From positions 104,770-168,769 of the forward strand of contig ADNK01000150.1 of the NCBI GenBank assembly GCA_000320545.1: a stretch of 64,000 bases of DNA, in the 5' to 3' direction. Positions 36,510 through 48,860 of this stretch are shown piece after piece. The notes below the pieces were generated by a model. It saw only the letters and a list, made by a program, of their open reading frames with translations, ran no database searches and was not told the origin of the DNA. Source of the stretch: Bigelowiella natans CCMP2755 (taxonomy: Eukaryota; Protista; Cercozoa). Numbering within the stretch: position 1 is the first letter of the stretch; each line of letters opens with the position of its first letter. Made by a program: the position numbers and the translations under genes.

Positions 36510-37610
36510 GGCAATAACTAATCAACGCTCTCCTGTGGAGCGGGAGAGAGAAGCAGCAATCATAACAATCATCAGTTTCAGTTGAATAATTACAATCATT
36601 TTTCCCACGTACACTGGCAAACCTATATGATGAACGTTCCAACATGCCATATTAGAATCCACCACTCTCTCTCTCCGTCTCTCTCTCTCTCTCTCTCTAC
36701 ATACAAACAACGCGTCCATCTGCCAAGAAAATTGCGATTGACTGGCATTGGGAGTCCTCCTCATTGAAATGATTCATCAACTACGGCAGGAGGGATTGTG
36801 GGACATGACAGTCTTCATTGCGCGTCAATGCACCGAGAGGCTCTTGACGTCTTTGGAGAGTAGTAGCGCCGGTGACCACGAGGATAATACGGCAGCAGAA
36901 GACCTGCTCCAGCTGCAGGTTACCTACCAGAACGTACATGAATTAATAGTGACTACGACGATGATGACGATTATCATATTGATGTATAATGATGGTGATA
37001 ACGACGATCTAAATAAGGGATGGTAGTCGCGAACTGCTTCTTCTGCTAATGCGTGTTGACGGGATTGTAGGGACTAGATGAAATACCATAGTTTCTTATC
37101 CTTTTCCTCCTCCTCCTCCTCCTCCTCCTCCTCCTCCCTTTTCCCTTTTCCCTTTCCCCTTTTCCCTCCCCTTTCGGTAACGATGTGGTGGTGTTTGTTG
37201 AATGTCTGATGTCGCCGGGTTACTAATGCTGCTGCTACTACTACTACTACTACTACTTTGTCGATACTTAGAAGCTCCGCTCTTGGATTCGTTCTGGCGT
37301 TCGTAGGTAATGGTCGCACCATTGATTCTCGTAGTACAAGTAGCAATGGTCAACTATGCGTGTAGTACCAGTTATAGCACTGCTACAAACGGCAATCTTC
37401 GTTTCTTTCTCTTCTTCTTCTTTCTACTCCTCTCCAAGCTATTCATTGCCATGGTTTTTGTCACCAGGAGAATTCTTGGCTCGGAGTTTTCGGCGCGCGT
37501 AAGGCAGCTGATTCGGTGAGCAGCACTAGTAGGAGCATACACTGGGAGGATATCAGCCTATTTCTGAATGCCAAACCTTTGTGGAAATGGTTCTAATGCA
37601 CCACTCGCAT

Positions 37611-37656
<46 letters not shown>

Positions 37657-37890
37657 ACCAACACTATAAGGAAAGCTGAGGAGGAGCGGTCCAACACGCT
37701 TAAGGAATTAAAGAACAATGTCGAACTTGATGAGCAGACTAATGAGATAGGAAAAGGGGGGAAGGAGGATAGCAAAGCAGCCTCCAGCAAGAAAGGAAGG
37801 GGGGATAACTCGTTGCTGGAGAAACCAGACGATTTACTCACGCTTCTTCCAGAGATGCTTCAATAGTAAGTATACGAATGTAAACAATTG

Positions 37891-37937
<47 letters not shown>

Positions 37938-37950
37938 TTTCCTTTATCTC

Positions 37951-37981
<31 letters not shown>

Positions 37982-39629
37982 ATATAATTTAATGATGATC
38001 TATCTTATGAACATGTATGCAGTAGCCGTCCACACCATCACTCGATAATCTTCATATTACTTCACATCCGATCCCGCCTGACCGAATTCTTTCTTCTATT
38101 CCTCTCGTTGTAGCAAACTGAAGCCTCGTGGACCTCAGGAGCGCAAAATCAGCCCCATCACAGGTCACCTATTTACTTTATCATCGCTGATATCGTTGTG
38201 ATCAATTGCGGTAGAAATGAAATATTCTCCTTGCAGTTGAATTTCTCTCTCTCTTTCTCTCTCAATCTCTGTTGATGTGTATGATTTGTGTGTGCCTTAA
38301 TCAGGTAAGCGACAGCGAAAGCGGAAGGAAGACGAGCCGAGGAAGAAGTCCTTAATTGAATACCTTTTGGAGGTATGTACGTGTGTCTGTCCGCGTGCTT
38401 TTGAGCATATGTAGGGAGGGGGGGAACAGTTTTACTCTTATTTAATATGTTGGGCTTTAATATCAATCCAAACCTTAATTATGCTATTCTGCATTTCAGG
38501 ACACAGAGGAGGGAAAAGGGACGCCGTTATACGTACGTAAAAATCATCACCGTCGTCGCTATTCAGTGGATGATGAGAATGGATTTAAAATACCAAATTT
38601 TTTAAACGTCGTTAATTTCTAATGCTCCGGAACCAACACTGTATACAGCATAGTGTAGTAAATGAATTCTTCTAGGGGACGCTTCAGATCGCTGTTTTCA
38701 TTCCAAGCTGTAACATATAGATAGGATTTTATTTATTATTCACACAGGTATTGCCAAGCCAAGAAAAGAGCCGGATGGAGAGCGAGAAACAACCTGTATG
38801 CATTCTTCCATGCCATTTTTGGGCACCAAGCTTTCACACATAATAACTCTATCATGATAACGGAATTCGTCTCACAAGTTGTGAATGCCGATGCTTCTAT
38901 TTGCCTCGCGAAGGACATTGTTTTTCGTAAGCATCGACGATCTTCCTTCGTATTATGTTGTTGCAACACATCACACAGACCAAAAGGTGGTAGCTTAGAA
39001 GAGCAAGGGCGGTTGATTTATGATAATATGCAGCATAATCCATATTCGTCTTTTCAGCTCGGAATACGCCGAAGGGCTCGGGTTCTGAAGACGCGCAATC
39101 TTCTGAACGTGGCGAAACTCCCAGAATATGTAGCACAGCACTACGCATATATGTTTCAAAAATGATAGCAGAGAGCAAGAGATAACGATTTTAAAAAAAT
39201 GATTTCTAAAAATCAATTAGAAAGCCCATATTTTTGCTTCTGTAGCACATTCTAAAAACACTCCAGCAGGGAACAAAGATACTGCTTAATTACGTTAGCT
39301 ATTGTATGATGATCCTCCATCGACGTGGGGAAGAAGGGATATAGTATTTCTTTGATTTCGTGAGCACCATACTACACGAATGTAGAAAGTGTAAGGTATA
39401 AGGGGTGGAAATAATGGAAGAAGAGAATAAATAAGACATAATCGTGAATATTGCATCTTTCTGCCCCATATCTACCCAGTACGAGTCCGGAGAATATTTT
39501 CGCGACTTAGATCGAGTTTCGGGTAGAAGACAAAAGATTCCAAATCAAACGGAGTCTATTGTTTCTAGAATATGCACAGATACAAGAATACAAGAACAGA
39601 TGACACCAGCACACACCAGCACACAAACA

Positions 39630-39669
<40 letters not shown>

Positions 39670-39698
39670 TGCTCACACGCAGATAGAGTGAGAGTGAG

Positions 39699-39747
<49 letters not shown>

Positions 39748-40237
39748 CATGTATATACTGTTATGATGTATGCTGATCCAGATCACATAGATTGACGATT
39801 GCATACAATACCGATAACAAACTAGGGAGGAAGCACATACCACTTGCTAATGACGACGAGGTGGCGGTCGATGAGAGCAGCCAAGGAAAGGTGAAGAGTT
39901 GATCACACGTCTACTCATTACTGTGCTCCTTTAGAGATGCCATACTAAAGTGATTAAAATTGTGTTTTGACCGATGTCATCGCCAAACAACAATCATACC
40001 GAGTGCTTTGATCAGGGAAGCAATAGCGATTCTGCACTTTCAGAGGGAGACGACTGCATTTCCTGCCATGATGAAGACCTTGACTCTGGGCGAGATAGTG
40101 TAGGAACATCTAATCCGTCGGAAAGCGAAACGAGGGACAATGAGTTGGGCGCTGACAATTGTTCAGATTTCGACATTTGTAGCGATGATTCGTACATCGC
40201 AGGGGCACTCAGAGCAGCTAGAGGGATGCAACGTTAG
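35257..40237 (+). CDS. Multi-exon hypothetical protein(s); one or two genes
   Basis: Chain of GT-AG-bounded open segments (..GLGDPKQ|VEIRASLKQC..|IDPDEISIF..METFE|..EMIHQLRQEGLWDM..|KAEEERSNTLKELK..) ending in an acidic S/D-rich exon at 40237. No recognisable domain; start uncertain. Confidence 0.45.
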
Positions 40238-40369
40238 AGCGTAGAATTTCAAAGTTCCGTGCGTAGAATTTCCGGGCACAACACGGCATCAAAACAACCA
40301 GCATCAACCACAGAGTTCGCAACACATTTTCACATTGTTCATCTAGCCATGCTAGCATGGCATGATGAC

Positions 40370-40618
40370 TCAAACTGCACATGCTAGCAAACTAGCAAAC
40401 ACTGGATTGCGCCTAGACATTCCAGCATTCAACAAATGATCTAGATCATTGCATTGCTCATGCCATCTTTGTGCAAATTCCGATCAAACTGCACATGCTG
40501 GCAAACTAGCAAACACCAGATTGCGTCTAGACATTCTGGGCTTCAACCTCAAATGATCTAGATCATTGCATTGCTACATTGCTGATGCCACCTTTCTAGC
40601 TTTTTGCAAATTTCGATC
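40370..40618. repeat. ~114-bp diverged tandem duplication in a TpA-depleted tract
   Basis: TCAAACTGCACATGCT(A/G)GCAAACTAGCAAACAC... at 40370 and 40484. Confidence 0.85.
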
Positions 40619-40991
40619 GCAAACAACGGTTTCGTGAATGCTAGCTAGCTAGAATGCACCCTCACAACCCTGAAGCTTGTGCACCTCCAGACCTGTGCTA
40701 GCTAGCTAGCGCGGTGCGCTCAAAAGCACGTTTAGCAACATGTGTGCAACCGATTGACATCGCATGTGTGCTTTGCGGCATTGCGTGCTGTGAAAGTGAC
40801 GTGTGTCAATGAGCCGTGTTGCATGGCTGCGTGTGTGTGCACTGTGATTCCGGCACACGCAAAGTTTTCGCTGGAAGCGGTGAATGGCTAGCTAACTAGA
40901 TGATCATCACTCTGATCTCTTACATTTGTTTCAACTTGGCAATGACAACTCTGAAAAAAGCCAATCGAAGAGCTCCCCTCATGCCTGACGT

Positions 40992-41672
40992 TTGTCGATC
41001 TCAGCACTCACCACTCTGTGTCAGGTGCAACGATCTCCAGAAGGTCTGGCAAAACAGAACCTCACGGAAAGGCTGAGAAACATCAAGTTCAATGAATTCT
41101 CTTCAGCCATGGCTGCAACGATTCTTTCACTGCAAAGGTCCATTGAAAAGGAACCTTTTCTCCGACCGCCCATCCCAGTGTGCAATGCAACAGCAATGCA
41201 TCCCTTCCCATCGAAGGTGGAGTGCCTGACCGTCCCCACTCAACCCGAAGAAGCAGACAAACCGACCAAGTGCCGCGGAATCCAAATCGGACCCAACTTC
41301 TGCAAATGAATCCCACACGATCTCGTTTCAAACCCGCACTAAGATGTGCTGCGGCCACTGTTGAACAGTCATCCGAGTTCTTCCTTTGCACGAAGGAACA
41401 CAATCGGCCACTTCCTTTTGGAAATTGCATCTTCGGATTCTTCTCTCAAAAGCACTTCTTGGGCAGTCGCACAAGAAAAAGGCTTTGCACGCCACCAAGA
41501 TTACCTCGCAGCATTCACTTGCTGCACCTGCCTGAGCCTCCACACCGGTCAGCAACACAAACGCAAAATCACCAGCACAAAACCGCCCGCACAACAATTC
41601 GGAACCAATTTATCGGCTCGGAAAAGCCCTTGCGTGCCACGTGTAGGTGGTGAAATAGTCCTGTCGCAGTGA
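40992..41672 (+). pseudogene. Eroded coding relic
   Basis: Two same-frame ORFs (40992-41309 and 41346-41672) separated by stops; almost no Tyr; nearly TpA-free. GIQIGPNFCK*IP weakly recalls an ELM2 start. Long ORFs are also expected by chance when TAA/TAG are missing. Confidence 0.3.
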
Positions 41673-41975
41673 GAAAACTGCATTATTTCTTAACATCTTT
41701 TCCGTTTCCTGAGGTAAAGCGGGGCCCACGGCTAACCGCTCGCTAGCCAAGCGGTTGTTTCTCTTGAATCGTTGTGATTTCTCGCGTGATTTGGGAGTAG
41801 TTCGTGCGAGTTCGGGGTTCAAATGTGGGTAAACGGCCTTGGTTTCCTTCTTTTTGGCAACATGAATATAAGAAGAAGGCAAGCTCCAAGCTTATTATCA
41901 CAAAGCCACTTATCAAACCCGCCCATTGCACACACGCAAAACGATTGATTGTTGATACAACGCCTGGCACACATT

Positions 41976-43678
41976 ATGTTTCCCAACCAATACCCATCCA
42001 CTTTCATTCTAACGAATACCAGTGGAATAACACGTCGACGAAATGATAACGATGATTTCGAGTCCATAGCCTCTAATTCAAACAAAAGGATTAGACGTGA
42101 AAGCACGAGAATCAGACGTTCAAAAAAAGAAGGATCCTTACATGATAATTCTTCATACGAATTCGAATCCGATGAGCATCCCGAGAATATTGCAAAATTT
42201 ACGAAGGTCAAAGGAGTTAGTTACAATCACAAGTCAAAGCTGTGGGGTGCTAGCTGGTATGAGAACGGTAAACGACTCGATAAAGCTTTCTCAGTTTCAC
42301 GTTATGGGGCAAAGGTCGCGCGCGAGAAAGCAATCAAGTGGAGAAGAGATAGGTAGCAAATTCATGACAACAATGTAGTTAAAGTTCCATTATATAGTAA
42401 CCATGCTTGTATCTCTGTAGGGAAATAGGAATTCCCTATGAAAAACCGGCTCATAAGGGAACATGCAGCAGCGTGCGAGGTGTCCATTTCGATCAGCGTA
42501 ACCGACAGGTATGACATCAGGGTTTTTCTGCATGTACAAAGTATTCAAATTGAACATTGAACATGCATCTCTGTAGTGGAAAGCTTCATGGTCTATTAAC
42601 GGGAGAAGATTTGAGAAAACGTTCTCCGTTTCCAAGTATGGAGAATGCGAGGCGAAAAGCATGGCAATTCAGGTCAAGAACGTCATACACATTGCATATT
42701 GCAAATAATCTGTCTAATTTAGTATTTGTTCTAAAAGTGGCGTAAAGATCGCGAGGCAGGAATTCCTTACGAGAAACCAAAGAAAACTTGCGAGGTTAAA
42801 TAATTTCACATCTTTATAAGCCGAAAGATGGTAACCCAAACTTATAACAATTAGGTAAGGGGGGTTTGGTACATGCGTTGGAGTAAGACTTGGGTAGCAA
42901 GGTAGTGTAGACGCAAGTATGCTGCGAGATTCACCTAAAATAGATCTGTTGTCTATTAGCTGGTCAGAGAACGGCAAATGGGTCAGGAAGAGCTTCTCAG
43001 TCTCTAAGTACGGGGAGCAAGGAGCTCGACAAAGGTATGCGGAACAAAATCCCTGTCGCATCCAACATATGTATGACCTCGGAATACAACCATTTTCAGG
43101 GCCATTGGATGTCGCATTTTTCACACTGCCAAGAGCCAAGGAGACGGAAAGGGAAATTTAACGAAGAAATCGCTCCAAACGTTGCATTCTGGAATAATCA
43201 ACAGAGTAACTTTACCAAAACCTAAATTTATCAAGGAGACACACTTACAACTGCCGGAGATTGTCAAGGAAGTGCCTGTGCAGCAAATATCCGAGATTGG
43301 GGGGAAAGCGCATTCACAAAAAATGTATAAGAGAACCGCGCTCCCATTAGTGAAAGAGAATTACGTGGACAACGTTTCTGATAATAGACAGCCGATGACA
43401 ACTACGAATTCACAGAAATTACATTCTCAAGCAGGTATCTTTGTGAAATAATCAGTAGTTTAAAAGAGAATTAGCAATATTGATGAAAATAACGCACATA
43501 AAATAGATGTCCGAGACACTCATCATAAATTGACACTTGAAGTCAACACGTCTTTGAAGGAGAATAATCGCGGGGTAAAATATAATCTCGAGCTCTTAAA
43601 TTCATTATGTTGTCCATCGTCTAACATAACATTTATTGTTCTAGGTAATTACGATGAATCCTGTGACCCCACCTCCTA
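41976..43678 (+). CDS. Transcription factor with three ApiAP2-type AP2 domains (multi-exon)
   Basis: KGVSYNHKSKLWGASWYENGKRLDKAFSVSRYGAKVAREKAIKWR; RGVHFDQRNRQ|WKASWSINGRRFEKTFSVSKYGECEAKSMAIQ; SWSENGKWVRKSFSVSKYGEQGARQ|RAI. Last exon uncertain. Confidence 0.85.
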
Positions 43679-44588
43679 AAAATACTAAAAGAGGAATTTT
43701 CTCTCCAAGGAATATTATCACGCCGAGATCGAAATTTTGTGCTGAGGTTGACGACTTGTTGACTTTGATTTTCGTTCAGCTCAGAATCATTTTTTTTAGG
43801 CTTTAGTCAAAATGCTGGGTCAAAAAGAAACTCAGTAGTTGGATTTTTGGCAATTTAGATGCAGGCTGCAGATGGAGATCTTCTCTGCTACATGATGCTT
43901 GTTTCATACCTATTCTCAACCGATCTACTTAACGGTAGTCAAAAACAAGGAGCCATTTGATGGTTCAAAAAACTTAACACCTTACAACATGATGATGCGT
44001 GGCGCATCGCTTCACGACCTTTAAATGATTGATTTATTTGAAACATATTATTTTGATGAAAATGTGTCGATGTAGCCTCTAATGATACAGAACTTGTGCC
44101 AACTAAAACTAAAAAACCCATGCAAGAACACAATTAAGCGTGTCAACGGTCATGGTACATGCCTATGTACATCCAGCTGTATTTGTATATGATCTAGCAC
44201 TAGAGCACGCAATGCAAGGTGCGACATACAACCACACTAGCAAATTGCTAGACCGCTGGCGGCTTGTCCTCGTTAGACACAGCAGTGGTGCAGTTGCTGT
44301 TACTTGCTCCGTCAGACGTGCTGGAGTTTGATGTTTGCATCGATCCACAGTGATTCATGACACTTATTGCAGCTTGCTGTGCTTATTCATGCACTCTTAG
44401 ACTCTAGTAAGTGGCATCATAATTGGGGCGACTAGCGAAGCTAGCCAGCTAGGAAGTTGCATTGGCATGCTAGCATGGCTAGATGGCTAGATCTGACTAG
44501 CTGAGATGGGAGCCTCTAGAGCTCTAGAGCTAGAGAGCTAGAGAACTTTGCTGACCTTCTGCGGCAGTTCTAGCGTTATTTTGTTGTG

Positions 44589-44609
44589 TCTAGCTAGCTA
44601 GCTAGCTAG

Positions 44610-44647
<38 letters not shown>

Positions 44648-44680
44648 GTCTAGCTAGCTAGTGTGTGTGTGTGTGTGTGT

Positions 44681-44710
<30 letters not shown>
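44589..44710. repeat. Compound (CTAG)n/(GT)n microsatellite
   Basis: Directly visible in an intergenic spacer. Confidence 0.9.
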
Positions 44711-44711
<1 letters not shown>

Positions 44712-45250
44712 TCACATCTCAAGATCTAGACATGCTAGCATGCTATGCACAGCTAGCTAGTACAGGTGTCAATAGATACGTACACAAAATAAACGTCTTG
44801 CGTCAAGCTACAGTTTAACGTACTTAACGTACGCGAGTCGTTGCGCATGCTAGACTTTGTAGCAAATTTCAAAGGCGTAGGAAAACAGCTAACGAAGCGT
44901 TCACTGAAGACATTTGAATGCACACTGCGCATTTTCATAGGTACACACAGCAATATTATTTGTTCATTCGTAGGTGTAACGCTGAATGTCACGTAGTTAA
45001 TGGAAAGTTCACTTCATTCGGTGCATGGTAGTATGCGTGCATGCATTCAATTGATGTCGTCTTCAGCAAGCAGCTAGTTTGTAGAAGTACATTCCTACGA
45101 AGCAGCAGCAAAAATAGCTAGGAACGTCGTATACGTCGAGGTAAACGCAACGAAGATGAAGATTTCTTTTCAAGGGCTCTATTGGCCTTCATATTAGCGT
45201 AAAAAAAATGGTGGAGAAAATGTTCAGTGACTTTCATAAGGGGTGGAAGA

Positions 45251-46053
45251 TTATGTTACCCGTTTAATCTGTCGCGCTTCTTTTCCTCTCTTAGTGAGCA
45301 ATAGTTTTCCGTGCTCTGCAATCTTGCGTAGTGACTTTTGTCCGATGCATATTATATTCCAGATTAGGAAAATTCTCAGTGATGAAGAAAACCTACTTAC
45401 CGGTGTGCGAAATTCGTGGCCAGAATTTAGTGCCTCACCAGCGGATACCTGAGGGTTTCCGAACTACTGATACTTAAACATTGAGAGCCAGAAATATCTT
45501 AGGAACCTGTATTATTTTCTCATGTATCCGAGCTGATATGGCCCGCCCAACTTTCGAGAACCTGTTTTTAATTTTATCTGCAGCTGAGTGTACGTGCGCG
45601 CAAACACACTATTCGACCCCTCGAAGAAACGAAAGTACCTACCTATGTGTAGTGCCTGGTTTGTTCTTCCGTGGTTTGGGTACATTTGGGCCTAGACTCC
45701 ATTTAGGTTTCGATGACCTGATTCATCACAACAGGTGATATCTTTTCCTCCTGTCGCGCAGTATATACTATTCACCGCCATCGCTACGGATGTAACCCTC
45801 CAAGCACACGATATGAAGCGAAAGCTCGCCGTACGGATAGGCAAGATGCCATTATGGTTTAATAAAACAGTTTCCATTTGCCAAGTACCCCCTTATCACT
45901 TTCAGACCTTGGATTTCCGCGGACCTTAAACAGCTTGCTCGCCTTCTGCTTCGGAAGCAACCGTTCGTATGGAAGCTGAACTAAGTCTTTTGCCGCAGCT
46001 ACCGCACAGAGAGATGGCATGGTGGTTGCCAGAACAATCAAGATGGTCGTCAT
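45251..46053 (-). CDS. Possible small multi-exon secreted protein
   Basis: MTTILIVLATTMPSLCAVAAAKD is signal-peptide-like, followed by several short GT-AG-bounded segments; the full model could not be closed. Confidence 0.25.
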
Positions 46054-46090
46054 TGGGGCACCACCACCCTTCTATGCCATAGAGAGGTGT

Positions 46091-46130
<40 letters not shown>

Positions 46131-46550
46131 GGCGTTGACGATAACGGACGCTGCTACGACGACGATGATGATGACAGACACCGAACACTTCCTGGAAACG
46201 TGTGTCTAATTGTCGGAAGTCTAAAAGCAGAAGGAAGGGCCCCTTTTCCCCTCTGCGACTTGATGACTTGATCAGGTAATTCGGCACAGAAGAGAGAGAG
46301 AAAGATGCGGCTCCCATTTCCTCCTCGGTTCCCATTTCCTCCTTACAACCTGAACAGGTATTCATATCTCGTAACTCATCACTCATCACTCAAGGAAGTA
46401 AACGTGAGTCACCAACGGTTAATTTGCGAGAATAGAGAGAGGACCTCAGAAAATTGAGCGGGGGATTGTGATGGGCGGAAGCACGTGTTCAGCTCGGAAA
46501 GAAATAATTCTTGACTATTTTGTCCCAAAGATCAGAAACAGAAGCGAGAA

Positions 46551-48272
46551 ATGGACGTTTTCGAAGGATCCGCGAGCAAGAAAGCGAAATGTCAAAGTGG
46601 AAAAGAAGGCACTATGAAGAAAATAAACCAGTATCTCAAGAAAGCTGGAGGGAAGTATGCAAAGTACAGTTGCAAAGTCGTGAGCTGGGACGACTCGTCA
46701 CGATTCTCATCCCCGTTCGGAGTTTCGTGCTTCGGTTCTAACATCACTGACACGTACCTTAAGGCTAAAGACGGAACGCCTCTATTCACTATCCGTTCGG
46801 ACAACTGGAATGAACAGCTCGGTAAGGTGTCTACTTCCGACGTGAAAGTAGTGGTAGGCAACCACGTCAAAGCCGACAACATAGATCCGTTCAATCCGAC
46901 AAAAGTTATTACACTACGTGAATTCCTCGAAAATGCACAGAAGTATGGCAAGTATGCGGGGATAGGAAATCAAAGATCTGCACTTTCCAACGTTGACTTG
47001 GACGATGAATGCTCCATCCGATTCCAAACAACCTTCCTTCCGCTTGAGGGCAGCAGTGAAGCACTGGAGTTCGCTACAGAGGCATACAACTATAACACCA
47101 ATAGCGATGATAATCCACGAAACCTGGTCCTTCTCTGTACGACCCAGGGCGTTGCAGTGCAACAAGATGGCAAGGGTACCAAGAAGCTTTTCCATCACCG
47201 TGTGGACAAATGGGGAAGGATACATCGCCACTGGCTAGAGGCAGAAAAGTCAGCCCACGCAGTCGGAGGTCCACAGAAAGAGACCAATGAGGAGAAAATT
47301 GACGCTCTAGTCAGAGGAAAGGCCATTTCTGAAACAATCGGGATACGTACTATGGGTCAGCGCTTCAACGTACTTATGACTGTACAAATTCCCGTAAAAC
47401 AAAATTCTAAAATGGAAGACGCGTTCACGTTTGGGAAATCTGCGAGCAATAATGGTTTTAGCTTTGGAGATGGCTTTGGAGAGTTTAGTGGATGTGAAAA
47501 TTCTTGTGGTGATATTGGAGGATCTACAAATTCGTTTTCGTCATTTTCGTCTGGTAAATACAGAGGTGGAGGTGCTAGCTTTCCACCTCCTAAGGGATTG
47601 TCCTCGGCGGCAAGACTATCGATCGGTACAGAGCATGACATTTGGAAAGGGTTGCCGGACAAAAAGTTCGAGAGGGAAAAGAAACAGCATATTACCATTA
47701 CCGTTGTCATCTACAATGTAGTCCAGAACGGGACCCCGTCGCCGCAAGATCTGAAAAAGGCTATCGACGACATTGAATCTCTTTACCAAGCTACTTCTCC
47801 AAGTGGATATAAGCTTGGCAAATTGACAGATCCGGAATTTGAATTCATGAAAGAGAACGGGGGGGTGCAGAAAGTTGACAAGGTTGTGGCACACGTCGGC
47901 ATCCACTGCGATGGGTGCCAAAGCAAACCAATCAAGGGTGTACGGTACAAATGCCTCATTTGCCCTGACTACGACCTTTGCCACTCGTGTGAGACAAATT
48001 GCGTTGAGAGTAAGGGCCATCATAAAAGTCACCTGATGTTAAAGATTCGTGACAGCTCTGTATACAAGAAATCTGCACTATTACAAGCTAGGTACAAGCT
48101 CTGCCATCCAGGTTATTACTGTAAGTATTGCAGAAAAGCGATCACTGGATTTAGACGTTTGTGCACGGAGTGCGGTGCTGACATATGCGAGCGTTGTGAT
48201 TTGGCTGGCGTTCACGATGCGAAGCACACAATATTACGCTTTGGAAAGAAAATAGGCCATCCTTCGAGCTAG
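46551..48272 (+). CDS. Intronless protein: uncharacterised N-terminal globular domain plus two ZZ-type zinc fingers
   Basis: HVGIHCDGCQSKPIKGVRYKCLICPDYDLCHSCE..HHKSH is a canonical ZZ finger; HPGYYCKYCRKAITGFRRLCTECGADICERCD..H..H is a second one. Confidence 0.85.
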   Translation: MDVFEGSASKKAKCQSGKEGTMKKINQYLKKAGGKYAKYSCKVVSWDDSSRFSSPFGVSCFGSNITDTYLKAKDGTPLFTIRSDNWNEQLGKVSTSDVKVVVGNHVKADNIDPFNPTKVITLREFLENAQKYGKYAGIGNQRSALSNVDLDDECSIRFQTTFLPLEGSSEALEFATEAYNYNTNSDDNPRNLVLLCTTQGVAVQQDGKGTKKLFHHRVDKWGRIHRHWLEAEKSAHAVGGPQKETNEEKIDALVRGKAISETIGIRTMGQRFNVLMTVQIPVKQNSKMEDAFTFGKSASNNGFSFGDGFGEFSGCENSCGDIGGSTNSFSSFSSGKYRGGGASFPPPKGLSSAARLSIGTEHDIWKGLPDKKFEREKKQHITITVVIYNVVQNGTPSPQDLKKAIDDIESLYQATSPSGYKLGKLTDPEFEFMKENGGVQKVDKVVAHVGIHCDGCQSKPIKGVRYKCLICPDYDLCHSCETNCVESKGHHKSHLMLKIRDSSVYKKSALLQARYKLCHPGYYCKYCRKAITGFRRLCTECGADICERCDLAGVHDAKHTILRFGKKIGHPSS

Positions 48273-48500
48273 TTAGATCCTATCATGATTTTGCCGACCG
48301 TCTTTTAGCTGCGGAAACTGGTGGTTTTTGCCAGCATCGATATGTCATCATCGTGATCATATGCTTGACCTACAATATAAAGAGTTCACTATCAATTTTC
48401 TCAGCTAGTGGACTCTATGCTAGTGATGCGCTTTGTTAAGCTTCTGACCCAGCATAGCGTAGCGAGCCCGCGAACTTTCTAACACGGAGTTGACCGTTTG

Positions 48501-48661
48501 TGTGTATGAGACGGATGTAATGATATTATTGAATCTTTTCACTAGTCATCCTAATGTAGCTATACAAAGTAGCAGCTATAGCTTCTGTACTATAGTACGT
48601 ATATGCGAGACGGATGTAATGAATAAATTTAAAATTTTCAATGGTCATCCCAGTGTAACTA
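48501..48661 (-). repeat. Two tandem copies of the dispersed CTACATTAGGATGAC/CATCCGTCTCA repeat
   Basis: GAGACGGATGTAATGA...TTTTCA..GTCATCC(T/C)A(A/G)TGTA(G/A)CTA at 48508 and 48607. Confidence 0.75.
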
Positions 48662-48860
48662 ACTAGCTAAGTAAAGCAGCGGTCACAGTGCTTATGCATT
48701 ATGTTTGTTCATCATTTCTGTTGTGATGTCTTCCGCCATGTATGAAAATGCGGTTGGGCGGCGTGCATGCACGTCGTGCTGCACACGCTTTATTCCTGCG
48801 TGTCTCCTTCTCTTCCTTCGACAGTCGCATGTTTCGTCGTCTCTCTGTATATAATGGCAG

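Noticed and set aside
40270-41612. CpG methylation decay or RIP as the cause of CA/TG-rich spacers
   Set aside because: CpG is still common and TpA is the missing dinucleotide; RIP would increase TpA.
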